This document shows positions 26,278 to 35,918 of a stretch of 64,000 nt of DNA, piece after piece (positions within the stretch are counted from its first letter, which is position 1; every line of letters starts with the position of its first letter). The position numbers and the translations under genes were made by a program. Below the pieces are notes generated by a model. It was not told where the DNA came from and did no database searches. It was given only the letters and a program-made list of their open reading frames with translations. Source of the stretch: Verrucomicrobiota bacterium (GTDB lineage Bacteria > Verrucomicrobiota > Verrucomicrobiia > Limisphaerales > UBA9464); assembly GCA_947454705.1 (NCBI GenBank), contig CANGKZ010000019.1, positions 13,992 through 77,991 on the forward strand, written 5' to 3'.

Positions 26278-27471
26278 CTATGCCGCCGGGGTCGGAGTCG
26301 ACGCCGTTTCTTCGGACTTCTTCTCCGTTTTCAACCGGAGCTGGCCGCAGGCGGCGTCGATGTCGTGACCTTTTTCGCGACGCAGGGTGACAACGACTTC
26401 CTGCTGGTCGAGCTGGTCGGCAAAGGTCTCGCACACGTCGTCGGTCGGACGTTCCCAAGGAAGCCCGTCCACCTTGTTGTACGGAATCAGATTCACCTTG
26501 GCGTGCAACCGGTGCGCGAGATCCGCGAGCGGCATCACCTGGTCCAGGCCGTCGTTCACGCCGGCAATGAGGATGTACTCCAGCGTGATCATCTTGCCCT
26601 TGTGTCGCACGTAGTCCTCACAGGCAGCGGTGAGTTCGGCGAGGGGGTATTTCCGGTTCACCGGCATGATCTGTCCGCGCACGGCATCGGTGGCGCCGTG
26701 GAGCGAGATGGCGAGTCGGAACTGCAGCGGATCGCGTGCGAGATCGCGGATGCGCGGGGCCAGCCCGCTGGTGGAGATGGTGATCTTGCGTGCACCGATG
26801 CCGCATCCCCACGCGGCGTTCAAGGCGCGGAGAGCGGGCATGAGATTATCAAAATTGGCCATCGGCTCGCCCATGCCCATCACCACGATGTTGTTCACGA
26901 TCCGGCTGGGGGCGGGCGCGGCGGGCTTGGCCGCCGGGGCAGGGGAGCCGCCTTCAACCGCTGCCTCGGCAGATGGGGTTGCTGGAGCGGGTGACTCCGG
27001 CGGATTCGCGGCGGCCCAGCGTTCCACCGCCAGGATTTGGCCCACGATTTCGGAAATGGTCAGGTTGCGTTTCCAGCCTTCGAGCCCGCTGGCGCAAAAA
27101 CGGCATCCGTAGGCGCATCCCACCTGGGTGGAAATGCACAAGGTGTGACGATCGCTGTCCTCACCGTACAGGGCGGGATTGGCGGGAATCAGCACGCTTT
27201 CGATCAGGGCCCCATCGGCGAGTCGCCAGAGGAGTTTCTGGGTGGTATCGCGCGAGCCCTGTTTCACCACGAGCTCGGGCAGGTGGAGCGACCAGGTGGC
27301 GGCAAGCTGTTCGCGCAGGGCCTTGGGCAGGTTGCTCATGGCATCCCAGCTCGCGGCGCGGCGCGCGTAGAGCCAGCCCAGGAGCTGATCGAGCCGATAG
27401 GACGGCTGACCCCAGGCATTGAATTGAGCGGCGAGCGTTTCGCGGGTTTGAGAGCGGATATCCGGCAACAC
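26278..27471 (-). CDS. rlmN: 23S rRNA/tRNA (adenine-C2)-methyltransferase RlmN (radical SAM)
   Basis: CISTQVGCAYGCRFCASG radical-SAM cluster motif, VVMGMGEP, ISLHG, NLIPYN, DIDAACGQL. Confidence 0.92.
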   Translation of the reverse strand: MLPDIRSQTRETLAAQFNAWGQPSYRLDQLLGWLYARRAASWDAMSNLPKALREQLAATWSLHLPELVVKQGSRDTTQKLLWRLADGALIESVLIPANPALYGEDSDRHTLCISTQVGCAYGCRFCASGLEGWKRNLTISEIVGQILAVERWAAANPPESPAPATPSAEAAVEGGSPAPAAKPAAPAPSRIVNNIVVMGMGEPMANFDNLMPALRALNAAWGCGIGARKITISTSGLAPRIRDLARDPLQFRLAISLHGATDAVRGQIMPVNRKYPLAELTAACEDYVRHKGKMITLEYILIAGVNDGLDQVMPLADLAHRLHAKVNLIPYNKVDGLPWERPTDDVCETFADQLDQQEVVVTLRREKGHDIDAACGQLRLKTEKKSEETASTPTPAA

Positions 27472-27542
27472 GGCAAAAGCCTAGCACGGAACCGTCGCCG
27501 GCGAATCCACGGAAATTTTGAAAAACCGCACCCGACTGCGGG

Positions 27543-28343
27543 CTAGCTGCGGGCTTCGGCGGCGAGGGCGTTGATCTGGCTGGCGGCGTAGCCGGCACCG
27601 AAGCCGTTGTCGATATTGACCACGGTGAGCCCGCTGGCGCAGGAGTTCAGCATGCCGAGGAGTGCAGTGAGTCCGCCAAAATGGGATCCGTAGCCAACGC
27701 TGGTGGGCACGCCGATGAGGGGTTTTCCCACCAATCCGCCGACCACGCTGGGCAGCGCGGCTTCCATGCCCGCGACCACGATGAGCACATTCGCCGCCTG
27801 CAGGTCATCGACCCGGCGTAGCAGCCGGTGCAGACCCGCCACGCCGACGTCGTAGATGCGTTGGACCGTGTTGCCCATGAACTCGGCGGTGAGCGCAGCT
27901 TCCTCGGCCACGGGAAGATCGCTGGTGCCCGCGGCCACCACGGCGACGATGCCGGGGCGCTTGGCGAGCGGACGGGTCTCCACGGTGAGGCAGCGCGCCG
28001 CCTCGTGATGGATGCCCTTGCGGAACTTTTTCAGGAATGGCTTCGCGTGCTCGGGCGTCACGCGGGTGACGAGGACGCGTCCGCTCGCCTTCACCAGTTT
28101 GTCGGCGATCGCGACGACCTGCTCGGGCGTCTTGCCTGCACCAAAAATGACCTCGGGAAATCCCTTCCGCAGCTCGCGCTGCGTGTCCACGACGGCGAAG
28201 CCCAAATCCGATACCGGCTCGGCCTGGAATGCGCGCAGGGTTTCCTCACGGGTTGCCTGGCCCTGTTGGAAACGGTCGAGAAGTGCGGCTGCTTGCTGCG
28301 GAGTCACGCGTCGAGCCAACCGGCATGGACCGGGTTGTGGCAA
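27543..28343 (-). CDS. larB: PurE-like nickel-pincer cofactor biosynthesis protein LarB
   Basis: 266 aa. GFPEVIFGAGKT, VVAAGTSDLPVAEEA, VGVAGLHRLL, VVAGMEAALPSVVGGL, IGVPTSVGYG. Confidence 0.8.
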   Translation of the reverse strand: MPQPGPCRLARRVTPQQAAALLDRFQQGQATREETLRAFQAEPVSDLGFAVVDTQRELRKGFPEVIFGAGKTPEQVVAIADKLVKASGRVLVTRVTPEHAKPFLKKFRKGIHHEAARCLTVETRPLAKRPGIVAVVAAGTSDLPVAEEAALTAEFMGNTVQRIYDVGVAGLHRLLRRVDDLQAANVLIVVAGMEAALPSVVGGLVGKPLIGVPTSVGYGSHFGGLTALLGMLNSCASGLTVVNIDNGFGAGYAASQINALAAEARS

Positions 28344-28394
28344 GGGGAATGTCGGGAGCCGGTCGAAGATTGGACGAGGCGGTGGGCGGGGAGT

Positions 28395-28424
28395 GCTGGA
28401 TCCAGGATGCTGGATGCTGGATGC
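28395..28424. repeat. Short heptamer tandem repeat (GGATGCT)n
   Basis: gctggatccaggatgctggatgctggatgc. The same unit occurs at 60223-60247. Confidence 0.8.
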
Positions 28425-28534
28425 AGCCTGTGGTGCGGATGTGGAACGATTTCGGTTCCGGAGCGAAACACCCCGCGCTCCGGGAGGAGGCGCGGGGTGC
28501 GGGTGAGGATGCTGCGATTTCTGATTGGCTTGGA

Positions 28535-29671
28535 TCAGGGTTGGGACACGGGCAGCTTGGCTTGGGTGGTGGTCACGACTTTCTTGGTGAATTCATCGAG
28601 GCTCAGGCGGCCGGCGGCGAAGGCATCGATGTCGCCCTTGCGCGCGGTGAGCGTGAGTTGCTGGGAGCGCTGACCGTGATTGAAGTCGAACACTTGGAAT
28701 TCCTTTCCGTTGTTCATGTACCCCACCACTTTTTCGGTCACGCGGGTTCCTCCCGCCACCCGGGTGGCAGTGCTCTTGGCTCCGCGTCCGCTGACCACAA
28801 GGGTCACGCGATCCGCCCCTTCGCGCAGGATTTTGAGATTCGTGGCGTGCTTGAAGGATTCCACCAGCCGACGCTTCAGGGCCGCCACACGATCGGCATC
28901 GAAGGCCGGGGCGGACTCGGAATCGGCGAGGTCATCGGTCGATTCTTCATCGGCCGGATTTCCGGCGAGTTCGCGTCGGGTCTTTTCCCACGTAGCGTCC
29001 TTGTCGGCGGGCGGTGCCACTTTTTTCTCGGCGATCTTCGCGGGCTCGACCAAGGGGTAGTCGGTCGACACGAGGAAGGTGGCGCCATAACCGTCGAGGT
29101 AGATGGCATCGAGATCCGTTCCGTTGCCTAGGCCCAATCCGGCGAGGCGGAAGCGGAACCCGCTTCGACCTGAGGCCTCGGGATCCGCGGCCTTGCTCAC
29201 AATGCGGGACATAATGGCGAGCTGCTCCTGGGCGTCGGCCAGTTGCTCCTCGGTGGTGTCGGGGCGCGGGACAATGAGGGTGCGGAGGTTCGCGCTGCCC
29301 TTGAAACTCAGGTGGGCCTGACCCACCTGGCGTCGCACGGATTCGACGGCCTTGGCGACCTCGGTTTCCGCCCGCGCGACCTCGCGTCGGGCCCGGTCGG
29401 TACCGGCTTTGATCTTCCGCTCGATTTCGATCTCGGAAGTGACGGTGGCGGTTCCCGCTTCGCCACCGCCGCCTACCACCACCACTCCGCCTCCACCGCC
29501 GGCGGATCCAAAGGTTCCGCTTCCTCCGGTGGTGGAGAGCTCCGCCGCGGCGAGCGCCGGCAGGAGGGCGAGTCCGCCCGCGAGCAGCAGCGGCAGCCGA
29601 TGGAAGCCTCGGGATGGATACGCGGGCTTTGCCTGCGATTCGGGAATGGAGGGGTTCGGGATGGAGTTCAT
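28535..29671 (-). CDS. Secreted hypothetical protein, third gene of the ECF sigma operon
   Basis: 378 aa from the ATG at 29671 (MNSIPNPS...). Hydrophobic signal LPLLLAGGLALLPALAAA, a Gly-rich tract, then coiled-coil-like and acidic segments. The longer 565-aa ORF overlaps the anti-sigma gene and is rejected. Confidence 0.6.
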   Translation of the reverse strand: MNSIPNPSIPESQAKPAYPSRGFHRLPLLLAGGLALLPALAAAELSTTGGSGTFGSAGGGGGVVVVGGGGEAGTATVTSEIEIERKIKAGTDRARREVARAETEVAKAVESVRRQVGQAHLSFKGSANLRTLIVPRPDTTEEQLADAQEQLAIMSRIVSKAADPEASGRSGFRFRLAGLGLGNGTDLDAIYLDGYGATFLVSTDYPLVEPAKIAEKKVAPPADKDATWEKTRRELAGNPADEESTDDLADSESAPAFDADRVAALKRRLVESFKHATNLKILREGADRVTLVVSGRGAKSTATRVAGGTRVTEKVVGYMNNGKEFQVFDFNHGQRSQQLTLTARKGDIDAFAAGRLSLDEFTKKVVTTTQAKLPVSQP

Positions 29672-29720
29672 GATGAGAAAATGCGGTGAATCTTTTTTGG
29701 AACGCGGACGATCGGACGGA

Positions 29721-30407
29721 CTAACGGACGGGTGCTGGGCTGGCCGACGGCAACGGGCCGGCGGCGGATTCGGCAGGCAGTTGGGAAGCGATGAGGTTGA
29801 ACTGGGATTCCGCCTGTCGGAATCCATTGCCCGTGGTGCGGGCCAGTTGGCGGACATCGCCGCGCAATTGGGCGAGGTCGCCGGAGTGGCGTTCTTCGAG
29901 CGCCTGCAGGGTCTGCAGCAGGTCGCGTCGGTCGCTGGTTCGCGCCGCCTGGATGCGATCGGCGAATTCATTGAGGAACCGCTGGGTTTCCGCCGAGGTG
30001 GCCTGGACGGCCGAGGTCGCGACGGCGCGGGTTTGCTCTTGTTGCTGGAGTTGAAGTTCGTTGCGGAGCTCCTCGCGCGTGCGGGCGAGTTCGCGATGCC
30101 ATTCGGCGCGGCTGGGGCCGGTCCATCTGCCGGCGAGGAACCCGGTGCCGATGGCCACCGCGGCGGCAGCAGCCCAGGCGATGGCGGGCCGACGGAACCA
30201 CGGGGTGGGACTCGCAACGACCGCGGCGGCATGGGGTGCGAGCGTGGCGCGGTCCTCGTCGAGGAGCGCCTGTGTGGCTTTCCAGGAGTCCACGCGGGCG
30301 CGGCACTCGGGGCAGGTTTCGAGATGATTCCTGCATTCGCTCTCGGCGGTGGCGGGCAATTCGCCGTAAAGGAACTCGACCCAGGTTTCGGGGGAGGGAT
30401 GGTTCAT
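29721..30407 (-). CDS. Anti-sigma factor (zf-HC2 type, single TM)
   Basis: N-terminal CRNHLETCPECRARV zinc-finger motif. Central TM AIAWAAAAAVAIGTGFLAG. 24 nt downstream of the ECF sigma gene. Confidence 0.8.
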   Translation of the reverse strand: MNHPSPETWVEFLYGELPATAESECRNHLETCPECRARVDSWKATQALLDEDRATLAPHAAAVVASPTPWFRRPAIAWAAAAAVAIGTGFLAGRWTGPSRAEWHRELARTREELRNELQLQQQEQTRAVATSAVQATSAETQRFLNEFADRIQAARTSDRRDLLQTLQALEERHSGDLAQLRGDVRQLARTTGNGFRQAESQFNLIASQLPAESAAGPLPSASPAPVR

Positions 30408-30431
30408 GGGAAGACGGGGTGAAACTTGGAA

Positions 30432-31022
30432 TCAGGCCTGGTCCTGCGGTTTGAGCAGCACGGCAAGACGTGTGAGGGCTTCGGCCATTCGGGACTTTAC
30501 GGTGCCCTCGGGGATGCCGAGGACTTCGGCAATCTCGGAGCACTTCAATCCTTCGTAATGACGGAAGATCACGACCGACCGGTAATGCTCCGGAAGCCGT
30601 TGGAGGGCCCGACGGACCTGCTCCGCGCGTTCCAACGCGGCGAGGGATTCATCCGCGCCGGGTTCCGCACTGGCGATGGATTCTTCTGGGGCGAATTCCG
30701 AATTGTCCGCGATCTGGAGCACGCTGCCTTCAGGACGTCGATGGCGCCGTCGCAGTTCGTCGTGACACAGGTTGATCGCAATTCGCCACAGCCATGTTGA
30801 AAACTTCCCAGTCGGCTCGTAATCGTGTCGCCGTACAAACACTTTGGAAAAAGCATCCTGCGCCAGGTCCTGGCCCTGGTGGACGTCGCCGATCATCCGG
30901 GCACACAGCCGCTGGATGGGCTGCTCCCAGCGGCGAACGAGACAGGCAAACGCATCGGGATCAGCGGCATTCTTCACCCGCCACATGTCCTGCTCGTCCG
31001 AGATGGAGCCTGCCGAAGTCAT
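30432..31022 (-). CDS. ECF-type RNA polymerase sigma-70 factor
   Basis: Region 2 DLAQDAFSKVF...WLWRIAINLCHDELRRR. Region 4 LPEHYRSVVIFRHYEGLKCSEIAEVLGIPEGTVKSRM. Confidence 0.9.
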   Translation of the reverse strand: MTSAGSISDEQDMWRVKNAADPDAFACLVRRWEQPIQRLCARMIGDVHQGQDLAQDAFSKVFVRRHDYEPTGKFSTWLWRIAINLCHDELRRRHRRPEGSVLQIADNSEFAPEESIASAEPGADESLAALERAEQVRRALQRLPEHYRSVVIFRHYEGLKCSEIAEVLGIPEGTVKSRMAEALTRLAVLLKPQDQA

Positions 31023-31262
31023 CGATCGAGTGTTCTACGCCCCGGGTTTGAAAAGAGTTCGAACTATTTTTGGTACGCCTGCCCCCGTGTCTTGTCAGTG
31101 GAACGTTTCCTTGCAGTCATGAGACTGGCTCCCTTTCTGCTCATGGTTCCTTGGTTGGGCGTTGATCTGAAGGCTAACTCCCTGTCTTGCTTGGGTTTCA
31201 ACTGGGTGATGTAGGAAAATGCCCTACGGATTTAAGCAACTGCTGCTGATTGCGGAGAACTT

Positions 31263-31691
31263 ATGGAATACGGAATGATGTTCGCAGTGAGAGCGATGCG
31301 TTTTCAATCCAGTCTTGGTACGGCCAGCCGTGCGATCCAGGCGGTCGTCCGTGGCGTGGTTCTGCTGTTTGTCCTCGCCTGCTGTGTCCTGCGCGCGGAG
31401 GAGGCGGTCCGGACGGCGTCCCCGAGCCCTGAAGTCGCCAAAGTCGCCAATGTGGCCAAGGGGTCCGCGCCGGCATCGTTGAAATGGACTGCTTCGGACT
31501 TTGTGGCGCTGGGGTTGATGGTGCTCGGTGCGACGGTGGTGTTCATTCCGGTTCCCAAACTGCGCTCCAAAAAGTTGGAAAAGAAGCCGTCTGAAGCGCC
31601 GGTTCGTGAAGCCTGCCGCACGGCTCCGCATGGCAGCCGGCCCGCCCTGGGAACTGATCGTTCGACCGTTCAGCAGGCCTCGACTGTTTGA
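31263..31691 (+). CDS. Possible small membrane protein
   Basis: 142 aa with two hydrophobic stretches (VVLLFVLACCVL; FVALGLMVLGATVVFIPV). No recognisable family; may be non-coding. Confidence 0.3.
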   Translation: MEYGMMFAVRAMRFQSSLGTASRAIQAVVRGVVLLFVLACCVLRAEEAVRTASPSPEVAKVANVAKGSAPASLKWTASDFVALGLMVLGATVVFIPVPKLRSKKLEKKPSEAPVREACRTAPHGSRPALGTDRSTVQQASTV

Positions 31692-31931
31692 GCCAGGGTA
31701 TGCTGGGCCCGCGGCGTTCATCGGGTATCCTGAGTTGCCGGAGTGATCGTGATCTCCGGCATTTTTGTCTTCAGAAGACAGGGGCGGTCATTAAGGGGCC
31801 ACCTCCAACCGGAGTGCGGTGGCCAAAGGTTGCCAATTCATGCTTAGGAATACGCATTGCCGCACTCCGTTCGTTTGTCGGCTAATAACATGCGTGTGCG
31901 CACTTCTACCCGGTGCGATTCATCCCCATCC

Positions 31932-34468
31932 ATGAACACCTCAGTCATTTCAGGATGGCATCGCTTCACTGCGATGCTTTCCCTCGGGCTTTCACTTCTT
32001 GGCCCAATCGCCAGTGCCCAGATCCCGGATGGCGACTACGGCGGCCCGGGTGCGGGAGGTGTCTATACCAAGGTGGGGGCAGGCGCTACGACGGGGCCCG
32101 AGCTTGTGTCGTTTCGAGTCCTGGGCGGTCGTCCCTACGATATCAATCTCGATGGAACCACCGGGTTTTCGTTGGGAAATGAGTTTGCGTCGATCGGGGT
32201 CCAGTTGAACGGGCCGTTCTTTGCGATGGAGGATCAGCAGATTCTCTTTTATGAGGCGGGCCACTACCGCGCCACCAATCGGTTCGGTAACACCACCTAC
32301 CTGCTGGACGTCAGCGGGGCCTCGACTCTTCCGTTCATTGAGAACCAGCCGGCTGGGGCCACCGTTGAACTCAATGCCACCTTTCGATTGGTGATCAATC
32401 CGGGCGGCGGTGCCCCGCTCCGTTATCAGTGGTTTCGAAATGGAATCGAACTCACGGAGTACACTTCCAACGTGATTGAGACGCGTGCGTCCCTGCAGAC
32501 CCTTGGCACGTATCGGTGTGTGGTTTCGAATCCGCAGGGAAGCGTTCGCAGCGTGGACGCGGCGGTGCGACTGAACGTGCCGGCTCCGACTCTGGTGCTG
32601 CCGCCAACCTTTCCGCTGGTGCTCGGGCAGACCACCGGACTTGGCGTCACGGTCAACGGCGGCACGCCGCCGTTCACCTATCAATGGTTCAAGGGCGGCC
32701 AACTCCTTCCCGGGCAGACCGCCTTTAACATCTCCTTCAATCCCGCCACGGCGGACAGCGCGGGGACTTACACGGTCGTTGTTTCGGACACCTACGGGAA
32801 CAGCGTGACCAGCGGTCCCTGCGTGGTGTCGGTTCCTCTGCCGGATCCGCCCATTGTGTTCGGCGACCCGAAGCCGGCCATCCTCGTGGAAGGCGGATCC
32901 GTCTCCTTGAGCGCGCGGTTCTACAGCCAGCCGGCGACCGTTCCCCCGCAGGTGCAGTGGCGGAAAAACGGCGTGCCCATTCCCGGTGGCACTCTGTTCC
33001 TGACCGATGTCTTCAACGCCAACCTGCAATTGCTCAACGTAACTGCGGCGGACGAAGGCGTGTATGACGCCGTGGCCATCAATGCCGGCGGGACCAGCCC
33101 CGCCACGAAGGGAGCCCGGGTGATCGTCAAATCCGCCACCTCGCCCGACGCGGTGGATCTGACCTTCAATGCCGGTACCGCAAATCGCATCGCGTTCAAC
33201 AATCCCAACGCGGATGGAGCGATTGAAGGCATCGCGGTGCAGCCCGATGACAAGATCGTGGTGGTGGGAACCTTCAAGCAGTGGAACGGCCAGGCGCGGA
33301 CCAACATTGTCCGACTGAATGTGGACGGTTCGCTGGACACTTCGTTTGCCGCGCATGCCTTCACCACGACGGTCAATGGCGAGATTTCCGTGCCGGGAGT
33401 GGCGTTGGATTCCCAGGGGCGGATCTATGTGACGGGCAACTGGGGCACGATGGATGGCGCCAACAGCACGCCTCTGGTGCGGTGGATTGGAGTTTCAATC
33501 CTGGTGCAGTGGGACCCGGGTTCCGTCTGCTGGTGCTTCCCGATGGCACGCTGCTCAACAATGGCGGCAGCCTGGTGAACAGTTCGTTCCGATACCTGCT
33601 GCGGTACCCGTCGGGCGGGGCGCTTGATTCCGGTTTCGGCGCGGGGTTCTCCGGAGCCCGTTTCTCCGGGAGCGGACCGAGCGACTGGTTCGTCAACCCG
33701 AACGGAACACTCGTTCTCGGCGGGTCGTTTGGAGCCAGCGGTGCCAATGGATTCCCGGTGTTCAATCTCATCCAACTGAATGCCGATGGCACGGTGGCCC
33801 AGGGATTCCAACCCGAGTTAACTCAGGGCGAAGGGGTGAATGCGCTCGCGCGCCTTGCCGATGGACGATTCATCGCCAGCGGCAATTTCCAGTCCCCGAC
33901 CCGAAGTCTGCGGCGCTTCAACGCCAATGGAAGCACCGACACCTCCTTCGACAGTCCGGTCACGGGCGCCTCCTTTGCACCGCTGCTGATTGACGCGCAG
34001 GGATCGGTCATCGTCCCGATCAACACGGGCAACGATATCGCACGACTGCAGTCGAGCGGAGTGGTGGATGACGCGTTCTTCGTGCATGTCGATGATGACA
34101 TCAAACTCACCGCACTCGACTCCAAGGGGCGCATCGTGATCGCGGGCTATTTCACGCAGGTGACCGGGGCCTTTGATGATGTGGCCCACAAGGTCGCGCG
34201 AAAGAGCATTGCGCGCCTCAACGGGCGCGGGGGTTCGCCCGTCGTCCCGACGCAGGTCGCGTTGGGATCCGTGTCGTTCACTGCAGGCGGCCCCATGAAT
34301 TTCACCCTGCCCACCGTGGCCGGCGTGACCTACATCCTGGAGACGAAAGCGGCGTTGTCCGACACCACCTGGACCGTGGTGCAAACCATCACCGGCGACG
34401 GATCGGAAAAGAAACTCCAGGCCGCCCTGGCCGGTATCACCGGATTTTATCGAGTCAGAACCCTTTGA
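31932..34468 (+). pseudogene. Secreted Ig-like + Delta-60-type beta-propeller repeat protein, interrupted by a frame change near 33480
   Basis: Signal peptide MNTSVISGWHRFTAMLSLGLSLLGPIASAQ. Ig-like units (RYQWFRNGIEL..GTYRCVVSN; FTYQWFKGG..GTYTVVVSD). DGSLDTSF-type repeats continue without a break of pattern from ORF 31857-33578 into ORF 33281-34468, which is in another frame. Confidence 0.7.
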
Positions 34469-34488
34469 TCCAACCCGGGAAATACCCC

Positions 34489-35898
34489 ATGTCATTGACG
34501 AATCTTCGTGCCGGATCCCGAACCTTGGGGTCCCTCCTTGTTGCCCTCGCTGCGTCGGCCGGTCTCCTTTCGAGCGTCCAGGCGCAATCGAATCCCGCTT
34601 GGAAAGACCGGACCTTTGTGCGGGTGCTGGCCAAGGGCGATCCCATTCCCGGAGCCGCGGGTACCAAATTTGGGGTCATCGAGCGCTTCACTCTCCGCGA
34701 CGGCAAGATCCACATCGTGGCCGGCGAGACCTCCCTGAAGAAGGGCGTGTTTCGATGGCAGAATGGGGTGCTGAGCCGACTCGTTTACACGGACACTATC
34801 GCCCCGAATGGAGGCACCTTTGTGAACGTGGACATCACCACCGACGAAACGGAAGGAGCCCTGAATTTCTCCGGCGCAACGACCGTGGCGGGTGCGGGCG
34901 CGATCTATGGGTTCTTCGAATGGAGAAATGGCGCGATCACGACGATTTTCGACGGCAAGCGCTCGGTAGATGGGAAGGTGCTGAGCGGACTCGGCTACCC
35001 GGTTCGTGTCGGACACACAGTGGTGGGAGGCTCTCTATTTGTAGAGAATGGCGTGCTCAAAAATGGAATCTTCCGCTGGGACGGAACCACCCTGAAGACC
35101 GTGATTCAAACGGGTGATGATCTCCCGGGTTCCCTCGGTGGCTTCACGGGAACTCCCGGCAGCTATCAGATCGCCTTTGATGGGACGGATGTGGCCTTTG
35201 TTGCCGCCGCTGACCTTCAGGGTCGCGGCCCCTTTGGCATGTACCGCACGGTGCAAGGCGGAGCGCTGATCAAGATCGTGGATGGCAACGACAAGCATCC
35301 CCTGCAGAACGGCTCGAAGACCTATTTCCAACGCAACGCCAAGTTCGTGAACATCGATATCGACGGACCGAACACGTTCGTCGGGATGAGCGAAATGGTC
35401 GCCGCGGTCGGAGGCGGGTTGAACAGTTTCTATGGACTTGGGGTTCGTTTCTCTGACGGGACTCTCGATCCCAGCAAGGCGATCTTTGGCGACGATGGGA
35501 ATGTTGATATTCTGTTGCCCTACCCGGACGGCATCAATCCACCCAAGATTGACGGACAGACTCTCACGGGAATTACGCTCGTCGATGGTCATGGTGACGA
35601 CGTGGCGCTGCTGCTGAAGCTGGCCGATGGCACTGAGGCCATCTATGCCGCGGTTGGTGGTGGCACGGTGGTTCCGCCGACGGAAGTGAAACTCGGCGCG
35701 GTGACCTCTGTGGGTGGAGGACCGCTGAGTTTCTCTCTGCCCACGCAGACCGGTGTGACCTACATCCTCGAATCCAAGGCCTCGTTGTCCGACACCACCT
35801 GGACCGTGGTGCAAACCATCACCGGCGACGGATCGGAAAAGAAACTCCAGGCCGCACTGGCCGGTATTACCGGTTTCTATCGAGTCAGAACCCTTTGA
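34489..35898 (+). CDS. Secreted repeat protein, tandem paralogue A (possibly NxxGxxAF-type propeller repeats)
   Basis: 469 aa from the ATG at 34489. Signal peptide. Recurrent GIFRW.G / FDG.DVAFVA motifs. About 85% identical by eye to the next gene. Its C-terminal ~34 aa are identical to the end of the upstream gene. Confidence 0.8.
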   Translation: MSLTNLRAGSRTLGSLLVALAASAGLLSSVQAQSNPAWKDRTFVRVLAKGDPIPGAAGTKFGVIERFTLRDGKIHIVAGETSLKKGVFRWQNGVLSRLVYTDTIAPNGGTFVNVDITTDETEGALNFSGATTVAGAGAIYGFFEWRNGAITTIFDGKRSVDGKVLSGLGYPVRVGHTVVGGSLFVENGVLKNGIFRWDGTTLKTVIQTGDDLPGSLGGFTGTPGSYQIAFDGTDVAFVAAADLQGRGPFGMYRTVQGGALIKIVDGNDKHPLQNGSKTYFQRNAKFVNIDIDGPNTFVGMSEMVAAVGGGLNSFYGLGVRFSDGTLDPSKAIFGDDGNVDILLPYPDGINPPKIDGQTLTGITLVDGHGDDVALLLKLADGTEAIYAAVGGGTVVPPTEVKLGAVTSVGGGPLSFSLPTQTGVTYILESKASLSDTTWTVVQTITGDGSEKKLQAALAGITGFYRVRTL

Positions 35899-35918
35899 TC
35901 CAACCCATGAAATACTCC

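Noticed and set aside
33470-33490. Programmed -1 ribosomal frameshift in the Ig/propeller gene.
   Set aside because: There is no X XXY YYZ slippery heptamer and no obvious downstream pseudoknot at the frame junction. A simple indel or sequencing error is more parsimonious.
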